Shown here: positions 25,074 to 37,585 of the stretch, in pieces
Layout of the letters: every line of letters starts with the position of its first letter
Numbering within the stretch: the stretch's first letter is position 1
Assembly (NCBI RefSeq): GCF_964213995.1
Contig: NC_135820.1
Location: 3,478,139 to 3,536,000, forward strand
DNA: 57,862 nt
From: Mustelus asterias
Taxonomy: Eukaryota
Direction: 5' to 3'
The notes under the pieces: model-generated
Databases searched by the model: none
What the model saw: only the letters and a program-made list of their open reading frames with translations
What the model was told of the DNA's origin: nothing
Program-made: the position numbers and the translations under genes

Positions 25074-26406
25074 GATATAGCCAAAATTCTCCGATCTCAT
25101 CCGCAACTCCAGTCCCGCTGCTGTAAATGGAGCATGGAATCCCTGCACTGCAGAAGGAGGCCATTTGGCCCATCACATCTGCACCGACAACAATCCCATC
25201 CAGGCCCTACCCCCATAACCCCATCATCTTCTACCCTGCTAATCCCCCGGTTACTAATGGTTAATTTCCCATGGTATTATCGCTAGACTATTAACCCATT
25301 AATTCAGCTAATGTTCTGGGGACCCGGGTTTGAATCCTGCCATGGCAGGTGGTGGAATTTGAATTCAATAATAAAAAAAATTCCAATTCCGATATATCTG
25401 GAATTAAGAATCTACTGATGGCCATGAAATCATTGTTGATTGTCAGAAAAGCTCATCTGGGTCACGAATGCCCTTCAGGGAAGGAAGTCTGCCGCCCTTA
25501 CCTGGTCTTGTTGACATGTGACGCCAGAGCCACAGCAAGGTGGTTGACTCTCAACTGCCCTCTGAACAAGCGCAACCAGGGATGAGCAATAAATGCCAGC
25601 CAGCCAGCGATGCCCACGTCCCACGAATGACTTAAAGAAAATCAATCTAACCCGCACATCTTTGGACTGTGAGAGGAAACCGGAGCACCCGGAGGAAACG
25701 CACGCAGACACGGGGAGACTCCACGCAAACAGTGACCCAAGCCAGGAATCGAACTCAAGCCCAAGGCGATGTGAGGCAGCAGTGCTGACCACTGTGCCAC
25801 CACTGAATCTCAAATCCTTTGTTCACACTGGCAGCAGTAAAGATTGAAGTTTATTTTAAAGTTAAGATTTTTTATTCGTGTCACAAGTAGGCTTACATTA
25901 ACACTGCAATGAAGTTACTGTGAAAATCCCCAAGTCCCCACACTCCGGCTCCCGTTCGGGTACACTGAGGGAGAATTTAGCATGGCCAATGCACTTAACC
26001 AGCACGTCTTTCAGACTGTGGGAGGAAACTGGAGCACCCGGAGGAAGCCCACGCAGACACGGGGAGAACGTGCAGACTCCGCATAGACAGTGACCCGAGG
26101 ACGGGAATCGAACCCAGGTCCCTGGCGCTGTGAGGCAGCAGTGCTAACCACTGTGCCATCATGTAGTGGGGTCTACATGATCGGAGAGTTCCAGCCTATA
26201 TCATTGCAAGATGAGAACAGAATAGGAGAAAGGGGATAAATCCGAAGAGAGTAATGCTGATTGTGGCCCATTGCTTGCCCGATATTCCTGTACTTTACAA
26301 GCCAGCCAGGGAAACAGGAGCAGGATTACACAAGGCAAGATGGATTTCAGACAGAACACGAACTGAGGCTTATACATACATATAGAAATTCACGGCATCC
26401 TCTAAG

Positions 26407-26412
26407 TTTATT
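26407..26412 (-). terminator. Candidate polyadenylation signal of the receptor gene
   Basis: AATAAA on the minus strand about 58 nt after the stop codon, in non-repeat sequence. Confidence 0.45.
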
Positions 26413-26469
26413 GCACAGATGCTGTAAACCTTTTTTAAAAGATATTCCACACAAGGCAACGGAACACTA

Positions 26470-26586
26470 TTAAGTTCGGCTGCATTTCACATCAGCGTAC
26501 ACAGTCTCCTCCGCTTTTTCCCTTTGCGATGAAGCTTTTGCCAGTACATTGAGATCCAGCGTCGCATAAACCATCTGTTGTTCGAC
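26470..26586 (-). CDS. Nectin/PVR/CD96-family receptor, terminal exon with ITIM-like and ITSM motifs
   Basis: Acceptor tctttctgcactttttaaacag|GTC, phase 0, VEQQMVYATLDLNVLAKASSQREKAEETVYADVKCSRT-TAA. Confidence 0.88.
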   Translation of the reverse strand, partial: VEQQMVYATLDLNVLAKASSQREKAEETVYADVKCSRT

Positions 26587-26884
26587 CTGTTTAAAAAGTG
26601 CAGAAAGACACATTTCAAACTTCCAATTCACCCCAGTCAGGGACATAATGAATAATGGGAGCAGAAAGACAGTCGAATTAGCAGAGGCCGTCCTCAGGCG
26701 CTGGTTTCCGTGCCCTTCTGAAGGGCTGTCCTGGCCAACAATGTCCTCATTGGAGGAAATTAGAAAGAAAAAATGATTTTTCCTCTCTAGCCTTGACCGA
26801 GTGGGTACAAAATGTCCATAAATAGGGAAAGTTAAAGTAAATAGCAAAGTGACAATCAATGCATGATGGCCACACGAAAGCTGT

Positions 26885-27910
26885 ACTTAACACACAACGG
26901 TGAGTGTAAACACTGCACTTAACGCACACGGGTTTGTGTAATACACTGGATTTAACACACATACGGGTTAGTGTAAACACTGTATGTAACACATGGGTTA
27001 GGGTAAACACTGTATATAACACAGGCGGGTTAGTGTAAACACTGTATATAACACACAGGGGTTAGTGTAAACACTGTATATAACATACACGGGTTAGTGT
27101 AAACACTGTGTATAACACACACGGGTTAGTGTAAACACTGTATATAACACACGGGTTAGTGTAAACACTGTGTATAACACACACGGGTTAGTGTAAACAC
27201 TGTATATAACACATACGGGTTAGTGTAAACACCGTACATAACACACACGGGTTAGTGTAAACACTGTATAGAACACACAGGGGGTAGTGTAAACACTGTA
27301 TATAACACACATGGGTTAGTGTAAACACTGTGTATAACACACACGGGTTAGTGTAAACACTGTGTATAACACACACGGGTTAGTGTAAACACTGTATATA
27401 ACACACAGGGGTTAGTGTAAACACTGTATATAACATACACGGGTTAGTGTAAACACTGTGTATAACACACACGGGTTAGTGTAAACACTGTATATAACAC
27501 ACGGGTTAGTGTAAACACTGTGTATAACACACACGGGTTAGTGTAAACACTGTATATAACACATACGGGTTAGTGTAAACACCGTACATAACACACACGG
27601 GTTAGTGTAAACACTGTATAGAACACACAGGGGGTAGTGTAAACACTGTATATAACACACATGGGTTAGTGTAAACACTGTGTATAACACACACGGGTTA
27701 GTGTAAACACTGTATATAACACACACGGGTTAGTGTAAACACTGTGTATAACACACACGGGTTATTGTAAACATTGTGTATAACACACACGGGTTAGTGT
27801 AAACACTGTGTATAACACACACGGGTTATTGTAAACACTGTGTATAACACACACGGGTTAGTGTAAACACTGTATATAACACACAGGGGTTAGTGTAAAC
27901 ACTGTATAGA
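26885..27910. repeat. Tandem minisatellite, 33-35 bp unit, roughly 29 copies, with a 350-bp higher-order duplication
   Basis: Unit ACACACACGGGTTAGTGTAAACACTGT(A/G)TATA. The variant ACCGTACATA recurs at 27231 and 27581. Confidence 0.97.
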
Positions 27911-27946
27911 ACGCTTGAATCAATATGAATTCCCCATTGAACATAC

Positions 27947-27981
27947 CTCCGTTTGAAAGTTGTTGTTTTGATGGTGAACTC
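27947..27981 (-). CDS. Nectin/PVR/CD96-family receptor, 35-nt cytoplasmic mini-exon
   Basis: Acceptor ttttacacaaacag|GA, donor GAG|gtatgt, phase 1-0, (G)VHHQNNNFQTE. This is exactly the phase change needed to join the TM exon to the last exon. Confidence 0.82.
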
Positions 27982-28149
27982 CTGTTTGTGTAAAATTGGA
28001 AGAAAAACATATTTTGCTGTGATCATTTTCAAGTGTACCAATCGTTACATTCAATGTTTTCACATCATACAGTTGTGCTTTGTGTGAGCTTTCTCTTTTA
28101 CGCATTTCCCCCTTTGCTGAATGAAATTTGCTTCACAGTCCTGCTTCCC

Positions 28150-29510
28150 GCAGCCTCCCCTCTCCTAATCTCCCCTCTGCAACCTCCCCTCTCCCTGTCC
28201 CTCCTCGTCCAGCCTCCCCCACTCTCCCCTTATCCAGCCTCCCCCAACCTCCCCTCCCCCATTCTCCCCTCCTCCCACCCCCCCCACCCTCCTCTCCCCC
28301 AACCTCCCCTCCCCCACTCTCCCCTCCTCCCACCTCCCCATCCTCCTCTCCCCCAACCTCCCCTCCCCCACTCTCCCCTCCTACAGCCTCCCCACCCTCC
28401 CCTCCCCCAGTCCCTCCTCGTCCAGCCTCCCCCACTCTCCCCTCATCCAGCCTCCCCCAACCTCCCCTCCTCTCATCTCCCTACGCTCCTCTCCCCCAGC
28501 CACCCCTCCCACAGCCTCCCCTCCCCCACACTCCTCTCCCCAGCCTCCTCTCCTCCAGCCTCCTCTCCCCTCGTGTTCCCTCCCCCAGCCTCCCCTCCCC
28601 CAACCTCCTCTCCCCCAGCCTCTTCTCCCCCAGCCTCCTCTCCCCTAGTGTTCCCTCACCGAGCTGAGCCTCCCCCACCCTGCCCTTCCCCAGCCCCCTC
28701 TCCCCCAGCCACCCCTCCCCCAGCCTCCCCTCCCCCAGCCTCCTCTCCCCCAGTCCCCCCATCCCCCAGTCTCCCCTCCCCCAGTCTCCCCTCCCCCAGC
28801 CACTCCTCCCCCAGCCTCCCGTCCCCCAACCTCCTCTCTCCCAGCCTCCCCTCCCAGCCTCCCCTCCCCCAGCCTCCTCTCCCCCAGTCCCCCCCTCCCC
28901 CAGTCATCCCTCCCCCACCCTCCAATCCCCCACCCTACCCTCCCCCACCCTCCCCTCCGCCACCCTCTTCTCCCCCAGCCTCCTCTCCCCCAGCCTCCCC
29001 TCCCAGCCTCCTCTGCCTCAGACTCCGCTCCCCCAGCCTCCCCTCCCCCAGCTTCCTCCCCCCCCCCCCAGCCTCCCCTCCTCCAGCCTCCCCTTCCCGA
29101 GACTCCCGTCCCCCAGCCTCCGCTCCCGCAGCCTCCCCACCCCCGGTATCCTCTCCTCCTCCCCGCTCCCAGCCTCCCCTCCCCCAGCATCCTCCCCCCT
29201 CTCAGCCCTGCTCCCAGCCACCCTCCCCCAGCCTCCCCTCCCCCAGCCTCCCCTCCCCCGGCCTCCCCACTCCCGGTATCCTCTCCCCCTGCCCGCTCCC
29301 AGCTTCCCCTCCCCCAGCCTCCCCCAGCCTCCCCTCCCCCAGCCTCCCCTCCCCCAGCCTCCCCACTCCCGGTATCCTCTCCCCCAGCCTCCCCTCCCCC
29401 AGCCTCCCCTCTACCAGACAACCCTCCCAGACTCACCTTCCCCTACTTTCTCTTCCCCACCCTTCCCCTCCCAATCCCCCCTTCCTCAGCCTCCCCTCTC
29501 CTCGCCCCCT
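28150..29510. repeat. C-rich (G-rich on minus strand) low-complexity repeat
   Basis: Iterated CCCAGCCTCCCCTCC-like units with local duplications (e.g. CTCCCCACTCCCGGTATCCTCTCCCCC twice). Confidence 0.95.
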
Positions 29511-29956
29511 GTTTTTTTTTGTCTTATTTTACCTTTCAGGTTGCTGCCGTGCCATTCACACCTCCTCTGGATGCATCTTTTGTTGTATTTTCTTGCCCCA
29601 GCTCCACGCTCCTCAGCCCTAAATCTGCAACTCTCTTGCCGTTGAATCTCTCCAGTCTTCCCCCTTCATCAGAGACCTCAGCTTTTGTCCCTTTTCCCCC
29701 ACTGCCTCAATCCACCCATTTAAACCCATGACCAGAAGACCATAAGATTTCAAAGCAGAATTGGGCAATTGGGCCCATTGAGTTTGCTCCGCCATTCGAT
29801 CCATGGCTGATAAACTTCTCAACCCCATTCTCCTGCCTTTTCCCAGTAACCTTTGATCCCCTTACCAATTACCGATCTCTATCTTAAATGCACTCAATAG
29901 CCTGACTTCTACAGCCTTCTGTGACAATAAGTTCCACAAATTAGAAACACAGAAAC

Positions 29957-30350
29957 TTTGATTTGATTTATTACTTCACATGTATTAGTATCCGGTAAAA
30001 AGTATTGTTTCTTGCGTGCCATACAGACAAAGAATACCGTTCATAGAGAAGGAAAGGGGAGAGTGCAGAATGTCGTGTTACAGTCACAGCTCGGGTATCA
30101 AGAAAGATCAACTTAGTGCGAGGTAGGTCCATTCAAAAGTCTGCAGGGAAGCAGGGAAGAAGCTGCTCTTAAGTCGGTTGGTACGTGACCTCAGATTTTT
30201 ATATACTTTTCCCGACAGAAGAAGGTGGAAGAGAGAATAACCGGAGTGCGTGGGGTCCTTAATTATGCTGGCTGCTTTGCCGAGGCAGCGGGAAGTATAG
30301 ACAGAGTCAATGAATGGGATGCTGGTTTGCGTGATGGATTGGGCTGCAAA
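29957..30350 (-). mobile_element. Rex1/Babar-type LINE 3' fragment
   Basis: YTSRCLGKAASIIKDPTH...LFHLL...RTNRLKSSFFP. Confidence 0.85.
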
Positions 30351-32560
30351 CATAGAAACTAGAAGCAGGAGTAGGCCATTCGGCCCTTTGAGCCTGCTCT
30401 GCCATTTATTTTAATCATTATTGAATTCAATATCCTGATCCCCCCTTCCCCCCATATCCCTTGATCCCTTTAACCCCAAGAGCTATATCTAATTTCTTCT
30501 TGAAATCACACAATGTTTTAGCCTCACCTACTTTCTGTGGTAGTGAATTCCAGACATTCATAACCCTCCGGGTGAAGAAAGCTCTTCTCACTTCAGTTGT
30601 AAAAGGTTTACCCCTTATCCTCAAACTGTGACCCCACAGTCCTAGACTCCCCCACCATTGGGAATATTCTTTCTGATTCTACCCTGTTCAACCCTGTTAG
30701 AATGTTATAAGTTTCTATGAGATCCCCTCTCACTCTTCTAAACTCCAGTGAATATAATCCTAACCGACTTAGTCTTTCCTCATATGGCAGACCTGCCATC
30801 CCAGGGATCAGCCTGATAAACCTTCACTGAACTCCCTCTATAGCAAGGACATCCTTCCTCAGATAAAGACACAAAAACTGCACACAATTCTCCAGGTGTG
30901 GCCTCCCCAACACCCTACACAAGTGTAGCAAAACATCCCTATACTCAAATCCTCTTGCTGTGAAGGCCAACATACCATTTGCCTTCTTTACTGCCTGCTG
31001 TACCTGCGCACTTACTTTCAACGACTGATGCACGAGGACACCAAAGTCTCGCTGAGTATCTGCCTCTCAATTTACATCCATTCAAGTAATAATCTATCTT
31101 CCTATTATTGCTACCAAAGTGGATAACCACACATTTATCCACATTATACTGCATCTTCCATGCAGATGCCCACACCCTCAGCCTGTCCAAATAATGCTGA
31201 AGCATCTCTGCATCCTCCTCACAGCTCACCCTCCCAAACTCTGGCTGAAGAAATTCCTCCTCATCTCAGTTCTAAATGGCCGTCCCTTTACTTTGAGGCC
31301 CTTGGATCCTCGTCACTCAAAGAACAAAGAACAGTACAGCACAGGAAACAGGCCCTTCGGCCCTCCAAGCCTGTGCCGCTCCTTGGTCCAACTAGACCAA
31401 TCGTTTGCATCCCTCCATTCCCAGGCTGCTCATGTGACTATCCAGGTAACTCTTAAACGATGTCAGCATGCCTGCCTCCACCACCCTACTTGGCAGCGCA
31501 TTCCAGGCCCCCACCACCCTCTGTGTAAAAAACATCCTTCTGATATCTGAGTTATACTTCGCCCCTCTCACCTTGAGCCCGTGACCCCTCGTGATCGTCA
31601 CCTCCGACCTGGGAAAAAGCTTCCCACTGTTCACCCTATCTATCCCCTTCATAATCTTGTACACCTCTATTAGATCTCCCCTCATTCTCCGTCTTTCCAG
31701 GGAGAACAACCCCAGTTTACCCAATCTCTCCTCATAGCTAAGACCCTCCATACCAAGCAACATCCTGGTAAACCTTCTCTGCACTCTCTCTAACGCCTCC
31801 CGTCCTTCTGGTAGTGCGGCGACCAGAACTGGACGCAGTACTCCAAATGTGGCCTAACCAGCGTTCTATACAGCTGCATCATCAGACGTCAGCTTTTATA
31901 CTCTATACCCCGTCCTATAAAGGCAAGCATGCCATATGCCTTCTTCACCACCTTCTCCACCTGTGTTGCCACCTTCAAGGATTTGTGGACTTGCACACCT
32001 AGGTCCCTCTGTGTTTCTATACTCCTGGTGACTCTGCCATTTATTGTATAACTCCTCCCTACATTATTTCTTCCAAAATGCATCACTTCGCATTTATCCG
32101 GATTAAACTCCATCTGCCACCTCTCCGCCCAATTTTCCAGCCTATCTATATCCTACTGTATTGCCCGACAATGCTCTTCGCTATCCGCAAGTCCAGCCAT
32201 CTTCGTGTCATCCGCAAACTTGCTGATTACACCAGTTACACCTTCTTCCAAATCATTTATATATATCACAAATAGCACTCCTACGAATGGGAGCATCTTC
32301 TCCACATCCACTCTATCCAGGCCTTTCAGTATTCTATAACTTTCACTTAGATTTCCCCTCGCCCTTCTAATCTCCATCGAGACCCAGAGTCCTCAGATGC
32401 TTCTTATACATCAAGCTTCGGTGAACCTCCTCTGGACCCTCTCCAAGGCCAGCACATCCTTCCTTAGAAACGGAGTCCAAAATTGCTCACAATATTCTAA
32501 ATGTGGTCTCACCAGAGTCGAATAAAGCCTCAACAGTACATCCCTGCTTTCGCATTCTAG
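30349..32560 (-). mobile_element. Adjacent CR1 fragments (30349-31235, 31319-32277, 32278-32560)
   Basis: ORFs 30427-31229 and 31392-32377. 31319-32277 is nearly identical to 23363-24237. Confidence 0.92.
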
Positions 32561-33526
32561 TCCTCCACTGATCAATTTTCCCAGTTCTCATGAATGATCA
32601 CCTTCAGAATCACAGAATTATTATGGAGAAGGAGGCCATTCAGCCTATCGTGTCCAGCCCCACTCTCAAATCGATTAAATGCCATTCCCCTGCTTTTTCC
32701 CCGTACCCCTGCACGTTGTTTCTACTTCGTGATCATCTAATTGGACGGTACGGTGACACAGTGGTTAGCACCGCTGCCTCACAGCGTCAGGGACCCGGGT
32801 TTGATTCCCGGCTTTGGTCACTGTCTGTGCGGAGTCTGCACGTTCTCCCCGTGTCTGCGTGGGTTTCCTCCGGGTGCTCCGGTTTCCTCCCACAAGTCCC
32901 AAGATGTGCGGATCAGGTGGATTGGCCAAGCTAAATTGCCCCTTAATGTCAGGGGGACTCAGAGAGTAAATGCACAGGGTTATGGGGATAGGGCCTGGGT
33001 GGGATTGTGGTCAGAGCAGGCTCAATGGGCCGAACGGCCTCCTTCTGCACTGTAGGATTCTATGATTCTAATGCCCTCTCAAACACCTCGATTGAATCTG
33101 CTTCCACCACACTGCCAGGCAGTGCATTCCAGACCTCAAACATTCGCCGTGTGGATAAGGTTTTACTCACATCACAATTGCCTGAAACATTAAACCTGTT
33201 TCTCTCTCCATAGATGCTGCCTGACCTGCTGCACACTTCCAGAAGTTTCCATCCTTAATTTTTTTACTAATGCACATAGGGATTCGGAGCTGAAGAAGGC
33301 AACTTCAGTCCTTCGAACCTACTCCGCCATTCAATCCGATCATGGCTGATCTCTCCCTGGTTTCAAATCCACGTCCCCACCTGTTCCCCATATTCCTTTA
33401 ACCCAGTTTTTGTTGGAAATACATCTATCTCTTCCTTGCAGCCATTCAACGATTCAGACTCCACCGTGCTATGGGGCAGCGAGTTCCACAAATTCATCAC
33501 CCTCTGCGAGAACTAGTTCTTCCATG

Positions 33527-34260
33527 GAGTCACAGAGTCATAGAGGTTTAAGACATGGAAAACAGGCCCTTTGGCCCAACTTGTCCATGCCGCCCTTTTC
33601 TCACGACTAAGCCATTCCCAATTGTCTGTGTGTGGCCCATATCCCTCTATACCCATTTTACCCATGTAACTGTCCAAACGCTTTTTAAAAGACAAAATTG
33701 TACCCGCCTCTACCTCTGGCAGCTTAGTCCACACATTCACCACTCTCTGTGTGAAAACATTGCCCCTCTGAACCCTTTTGTATCTCTCCCCTCTCACCTT
33801 AAACTTAAGCCCTCTTGTTTTAGACTCCCCTACATTTGGGAAAAGATATTGATTATCTAGCTGATCTGTGCCCCTCATTATTTTATAGACCTCTATAAGA
33901 TCACCCCTAAGCATCTTACGCTCCAGAGAAAAATGTCCCAGTCTATCCAAACTCTCCTTATAACTCAAACCATCAAGTCCCAGGAGCATCCTAGTAAATC
34001 TTTTTTGCACTCTTACTAGTTTAATAATAGGGTGACCAGAACTGCACAACAGCATTCCAAGTGTGGCCTTACGACTTCTTGTACAACTTCAACAAGACGT
34101 CCCAACTCTTGTATTCAAAGTTCTGACCAATGAAACCAAGCATGCCGAATGCCTTCTTTACCACCCTGTCCACCTGTGGCTCCACTTTCAATTCGTTATG
34201 AACTTATACCCCTAAATCTCTTTGTTCTATAACACTCCCCAACGCCCAACCATTAACTCA
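33527..34260 (-). mobile_element. CR1 LINE 3' fragment
   Basis: ORF 33513-34055 RVQKRFTRML...RGDLIEVYKI; same subfamily as 10385-12555. Confidence 0.93.
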
Positions 34261-34486
34261 TCTCAGAATGAATGCCATTCACTCCTTGTCGGACCCAACA
34301 AGTGGTAAAACTCCCAGAAGGGGGGCCGGGAGATTCACCTCATGGGTCATGTAAATTGGGTGGCATTTCATGGATACTTCATTCCCCGCCTTGCATGGTA
34401 TGCGTTTCCCGTGGCTGTGACGAACATCTAAAGAACTTCTTGGAAGCAATCAGTGCAATAATGCATGTCAAAAATTAATCATTCAC

Positions 34487-34591
34487 CTTGCATTTTTCGC
34501 TTCCTCCACAGTAACGCCACCGTCAACACAGTGACAATGAAAGCCACAAGAACAGCCGCAATAATAACCTTCTTTAAAAAGTCATCATCAC
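34487..34591 (-). CDS. Nectin/PVR/CD96-family receptor, transmembrane exon
   Basis: Acceptor tgtgtttccgcag|GT, donor G|gtgaat, 105 nt, phase 1-1. DDDFLKK-VIIAAVLVAFIVTVLTVALLW-RKRKMQ is an uncharged hydrophobic span followed by a basic stop-transfer. Not in the ORF track. Confidence 0.92.
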
Positions 34592-36448
34592 CTGCGGAAA
34601 CACATTTGAAATGAATGAGGACAATGTCACTCAAAACAGTAAACAGAGCGGACAGAATGTACTTGATGGTAATTGAGAAAATAGACTGTGGGCATTCTAC
34701 AAATGCTTTACTGTTGTGTAATTATGGTATAGAGGGCGCAGCAATCAGTAATAATATAATACATTTAATTGTCATTTGTGAAGAGAAATTTTATTTGCTC
34801 CTGTTAGGGAACAGATCAGAAACACCAATGTGTATTATGAAGTTAGACCCCAACTATTTTTGAATTTGGCATTAGAGTGATTTAAGTTTAAGTTTATTTA
34901 TTAGTGTCGCAAGCCGGTTTAAGTTAACACAGCAATGAAGTTACTGTGAAAATCCCCTAATCATCATCCACCAATGCCTGTTTGGGTACACTGAAGGTGA
35001 ATTTAGCACCTAACAAGCAAGTCTTTCAGACCACGAGAGGAAACTGGAGCACCCGGAAGAAACCCAGAAGAGCTCCTGCTCCTTGCCAATCCAAACAGAA
35101 ACTGCCTGCCTTTTTCTCTTTAAGCCTCACTCTTCCCATTAGCACAGGACTCTCTCTTGTCAATCTACCTAATTAAGCCCTACTCTGAAACACAGGGGAA
35201 AAATCCAAAACATAACAAAGCTGCATTAATTCAGATTAAAACAAACAGTCCAATAGTTAGGAGAAATTATGCTTCTGCATTCTCCGCAGTTGGGCTGCCT
35301 GGAGCAGACAAAGCGGCACCAGGTAAACAGACTTGAACATTAACATCTTCTTCACAAGAAGCATGGCACAAAATATATTTATTAATGGCACAGTATGGTC
35401 ACACTGCACATTCAAGGTTTAAAGCTTGAAGTTTATTTATCAGTGTCAGAAGTAGGCTTACATTAACACTGCAATTAAGTTATTGTGAAAATCCCCTATT
35501 CGCCAAACTCCGGGGCCTGTTTGGGTACACTGAGGGAGAATTTTGCATGGCCAATGCACCTAACCCGTACATCTTTGGAGTGTGGGAGAAAACCGGAGCA
35601 CCCGGAAGAAACCCATGCTGTCATGGGAAGAATGTGCTGACTCCACACAGACAGTGACCCAAGCTGGGAATCGAACCCGGGTCCCTGGCGCCCTGAGGCA
35701 GCAGTGCTAACCACTGTGCTACTGTGCCGCCCATTTAGTCACATGTTAACATGGTATCAAACTTTGTATTTATAACATTATTATTGTGAATAAATGTTTT
35801 CCATTAAACTTTACAAAATTCTACAAATGCTTTACTGAAACAAAATGAAATATTTCAATATGAAATTATTGAAATATACAGAACAGTTAAATATGAGAAT
35901 TATAAAATGAAGTAGGCAAGGCAGAAGAATACTAATGATAAACACATTTAGATTTCCACGGCCCAAAATATCAACTTTTTTTTGATCATCTAACCAGCAC
36001 ATCTTTCGGACTGTGGGAGGAAGCCGGAACACCCGGAGGAAACCCACACAGACACAGGGAGAACGTGCAGACTCTGCACAGGCAGTGACCCGAGGGCAAT
36101 TGGAACTGGGAAATCAATCGTGGCCTCGCCTACAATTCCCATATCCCATAAAAGAGTTTAAGAAAAAGTTTCAACAAATAAGGAATTGAAATGTAAGTAC
36201 AAAAGAAATACAATTGCATCACAATTAATGCATGAGTTGATTATTTTCTCAAGACTCCTGACAATTAAACACTGATGAACAACAAGATTTCGCTGACAAT
36301 ATTTCACTGGTTTGTCTGAGAGGAGGTATGAAAGTCTGGAGATGTGTTTTCAAAATAATCCAAATTCCTTTTTACTTGGTGCCCCCTCTGATATTTTGTA
36401 ATTGTTGACATGTTAGGAGAAAAAACAATCTTTTTAAACCTTTGGGAA

Positions 36449-36727
36449 AAGAACATAGAAAAACTACAGCACAAACAGGCCCTTCGGCCCACAAGTTGCG
36501 CCGGTCATGTCCCTACCTACTTCGGCCTATATATAGGCTTACCTATCACCCTCAATCCTATTAAGTCCCATGTACTCATCTAGGAGTCTCTTAAAAGACC
36601 CTATCGAGTTTGCCTCCACCACCATTGACGGCAGCCGATTCCACTCACCCACCACCCTCTGAGGGAAAAACTTACCCCTGACATCTCCTCTGTACCTACT
36701 CCCCAGCACCTTAAACCTGTGTCCTCT
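36449..36727 (-). mobile_element. CR1 3' end, same subfamily as 12620-15522
   Basis: RGHRFKVL...WNRLPSMVVEANSIGSFKRLLDEYMG. Confidence 0.93.
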
Positions 36728-36754
36728 TGGCGTATTGCATAATTGGATACATAA

Positions 36755-37585
36755 TCTACAAGGCACAAGTCAGGGGTGTGATGGAATATTCCCCACTTGC
36801 TTGGATGGGTGGAGCTCCAACAACACTCAAGAAACTCGACACCATCCAGGACAAAGCAGCCCCGCTTGATTGGCACCACATCCACAAACATCCACTCCCT
36901 CCACCACCGACGCTCAGTAGCAGCCGTGTGAACCATCTACAAGATGCACTGCAGGAACACAGTAACCCTCATTCAGTGGCACAGTGGTTAGCACTGCTGC
37001 CTCACAGTACCAGGGACCCAAGTTCAATTCCGGCCTCGGGTCACTGTCTGTGTGGAGTTTTTACGTTCTCCCCGTGTTTGCGTTGGCTTCTTCCTGGTGT
37101 TCTGGTTTCCTCCCACAGTCCAAAGATGTGCAAGTTAGGTGCATTGGCCATGCTAAATTGCCCCTAGAGTCAGGGGATTAGCAGGGTAAATATGTGGGGT
37201 TACGGGAATAGGGCCTGGGTGGGATTGTGGTTGGTGCAGACTTGATGAGCCGAATGGCCTCCTTCTGTACTGTAGAGATTCTACGAACTGCATCTTCCAA
37301 AACTGTTGTCTCTAACACTTAGAAGGGCAAGGGCATGGGAACATAATGATCTGGAGGTTCCCCTCCAAGTCACTCACCATCCTGACTTGGAAATGTATCA
37401 GCCGTTCCTTCACTGTGGCTGGGCAAAAATCCTGGAACTCCCTTTCTAACAGCACTATGGTTGTACCTACATTTCAGGGACTGTGGCTGTTCAAGAAGGC
37501 AGCTCACCATCACCTTCTCAAGGGGCAACTGGGGTTGAGCAATAAATGCTGGCCAGCTAGCAATAAACACATCCCATAAAAGAAT
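36755..37585 (+). mobile_element. 3' end of second LINE family, split by an HE1-type SINE (36975-37285)
   Basis: IYKAQVRGVMEYSPLAW...DTIQDKAA, then FTVAGQKSWNSL...FKKAAHHHLLKG and tail caataaatgctggccagc. A further copy lies at 43640-43875. Confidence 0.85.

Noticed and set aside
26473-26484. C-terminal CSRT as a CaaX or PDZ-binding motif
   Set aside because: The middle residues are not aliphatic and the terminal residue is not hydrophobic.
26587-26859. Upstream part of ORF 26470-26859 as coding
   Set aside because: A strong acceptor lies at 26587-26588, and no convincing splice pair frames the upstream part.
26885-27910. CRISPR-like or telomeric appearance of the 35-bp array
   Set aside because: Units are contiguous with no unique spacers, there are no cas genes and the context is eukaryotic. 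GGGTTAG occurs once per unit, not as (TTAGGG)n.
28033-29622. 529-aa Pro/Ser-rich ORF and overlapping Gly-rich antisense ORFs
   Set aside because: By-product of a C-rich low-complexity tract depleted of stop codons; non-ATG start, no domain, lies antisense within an intron.
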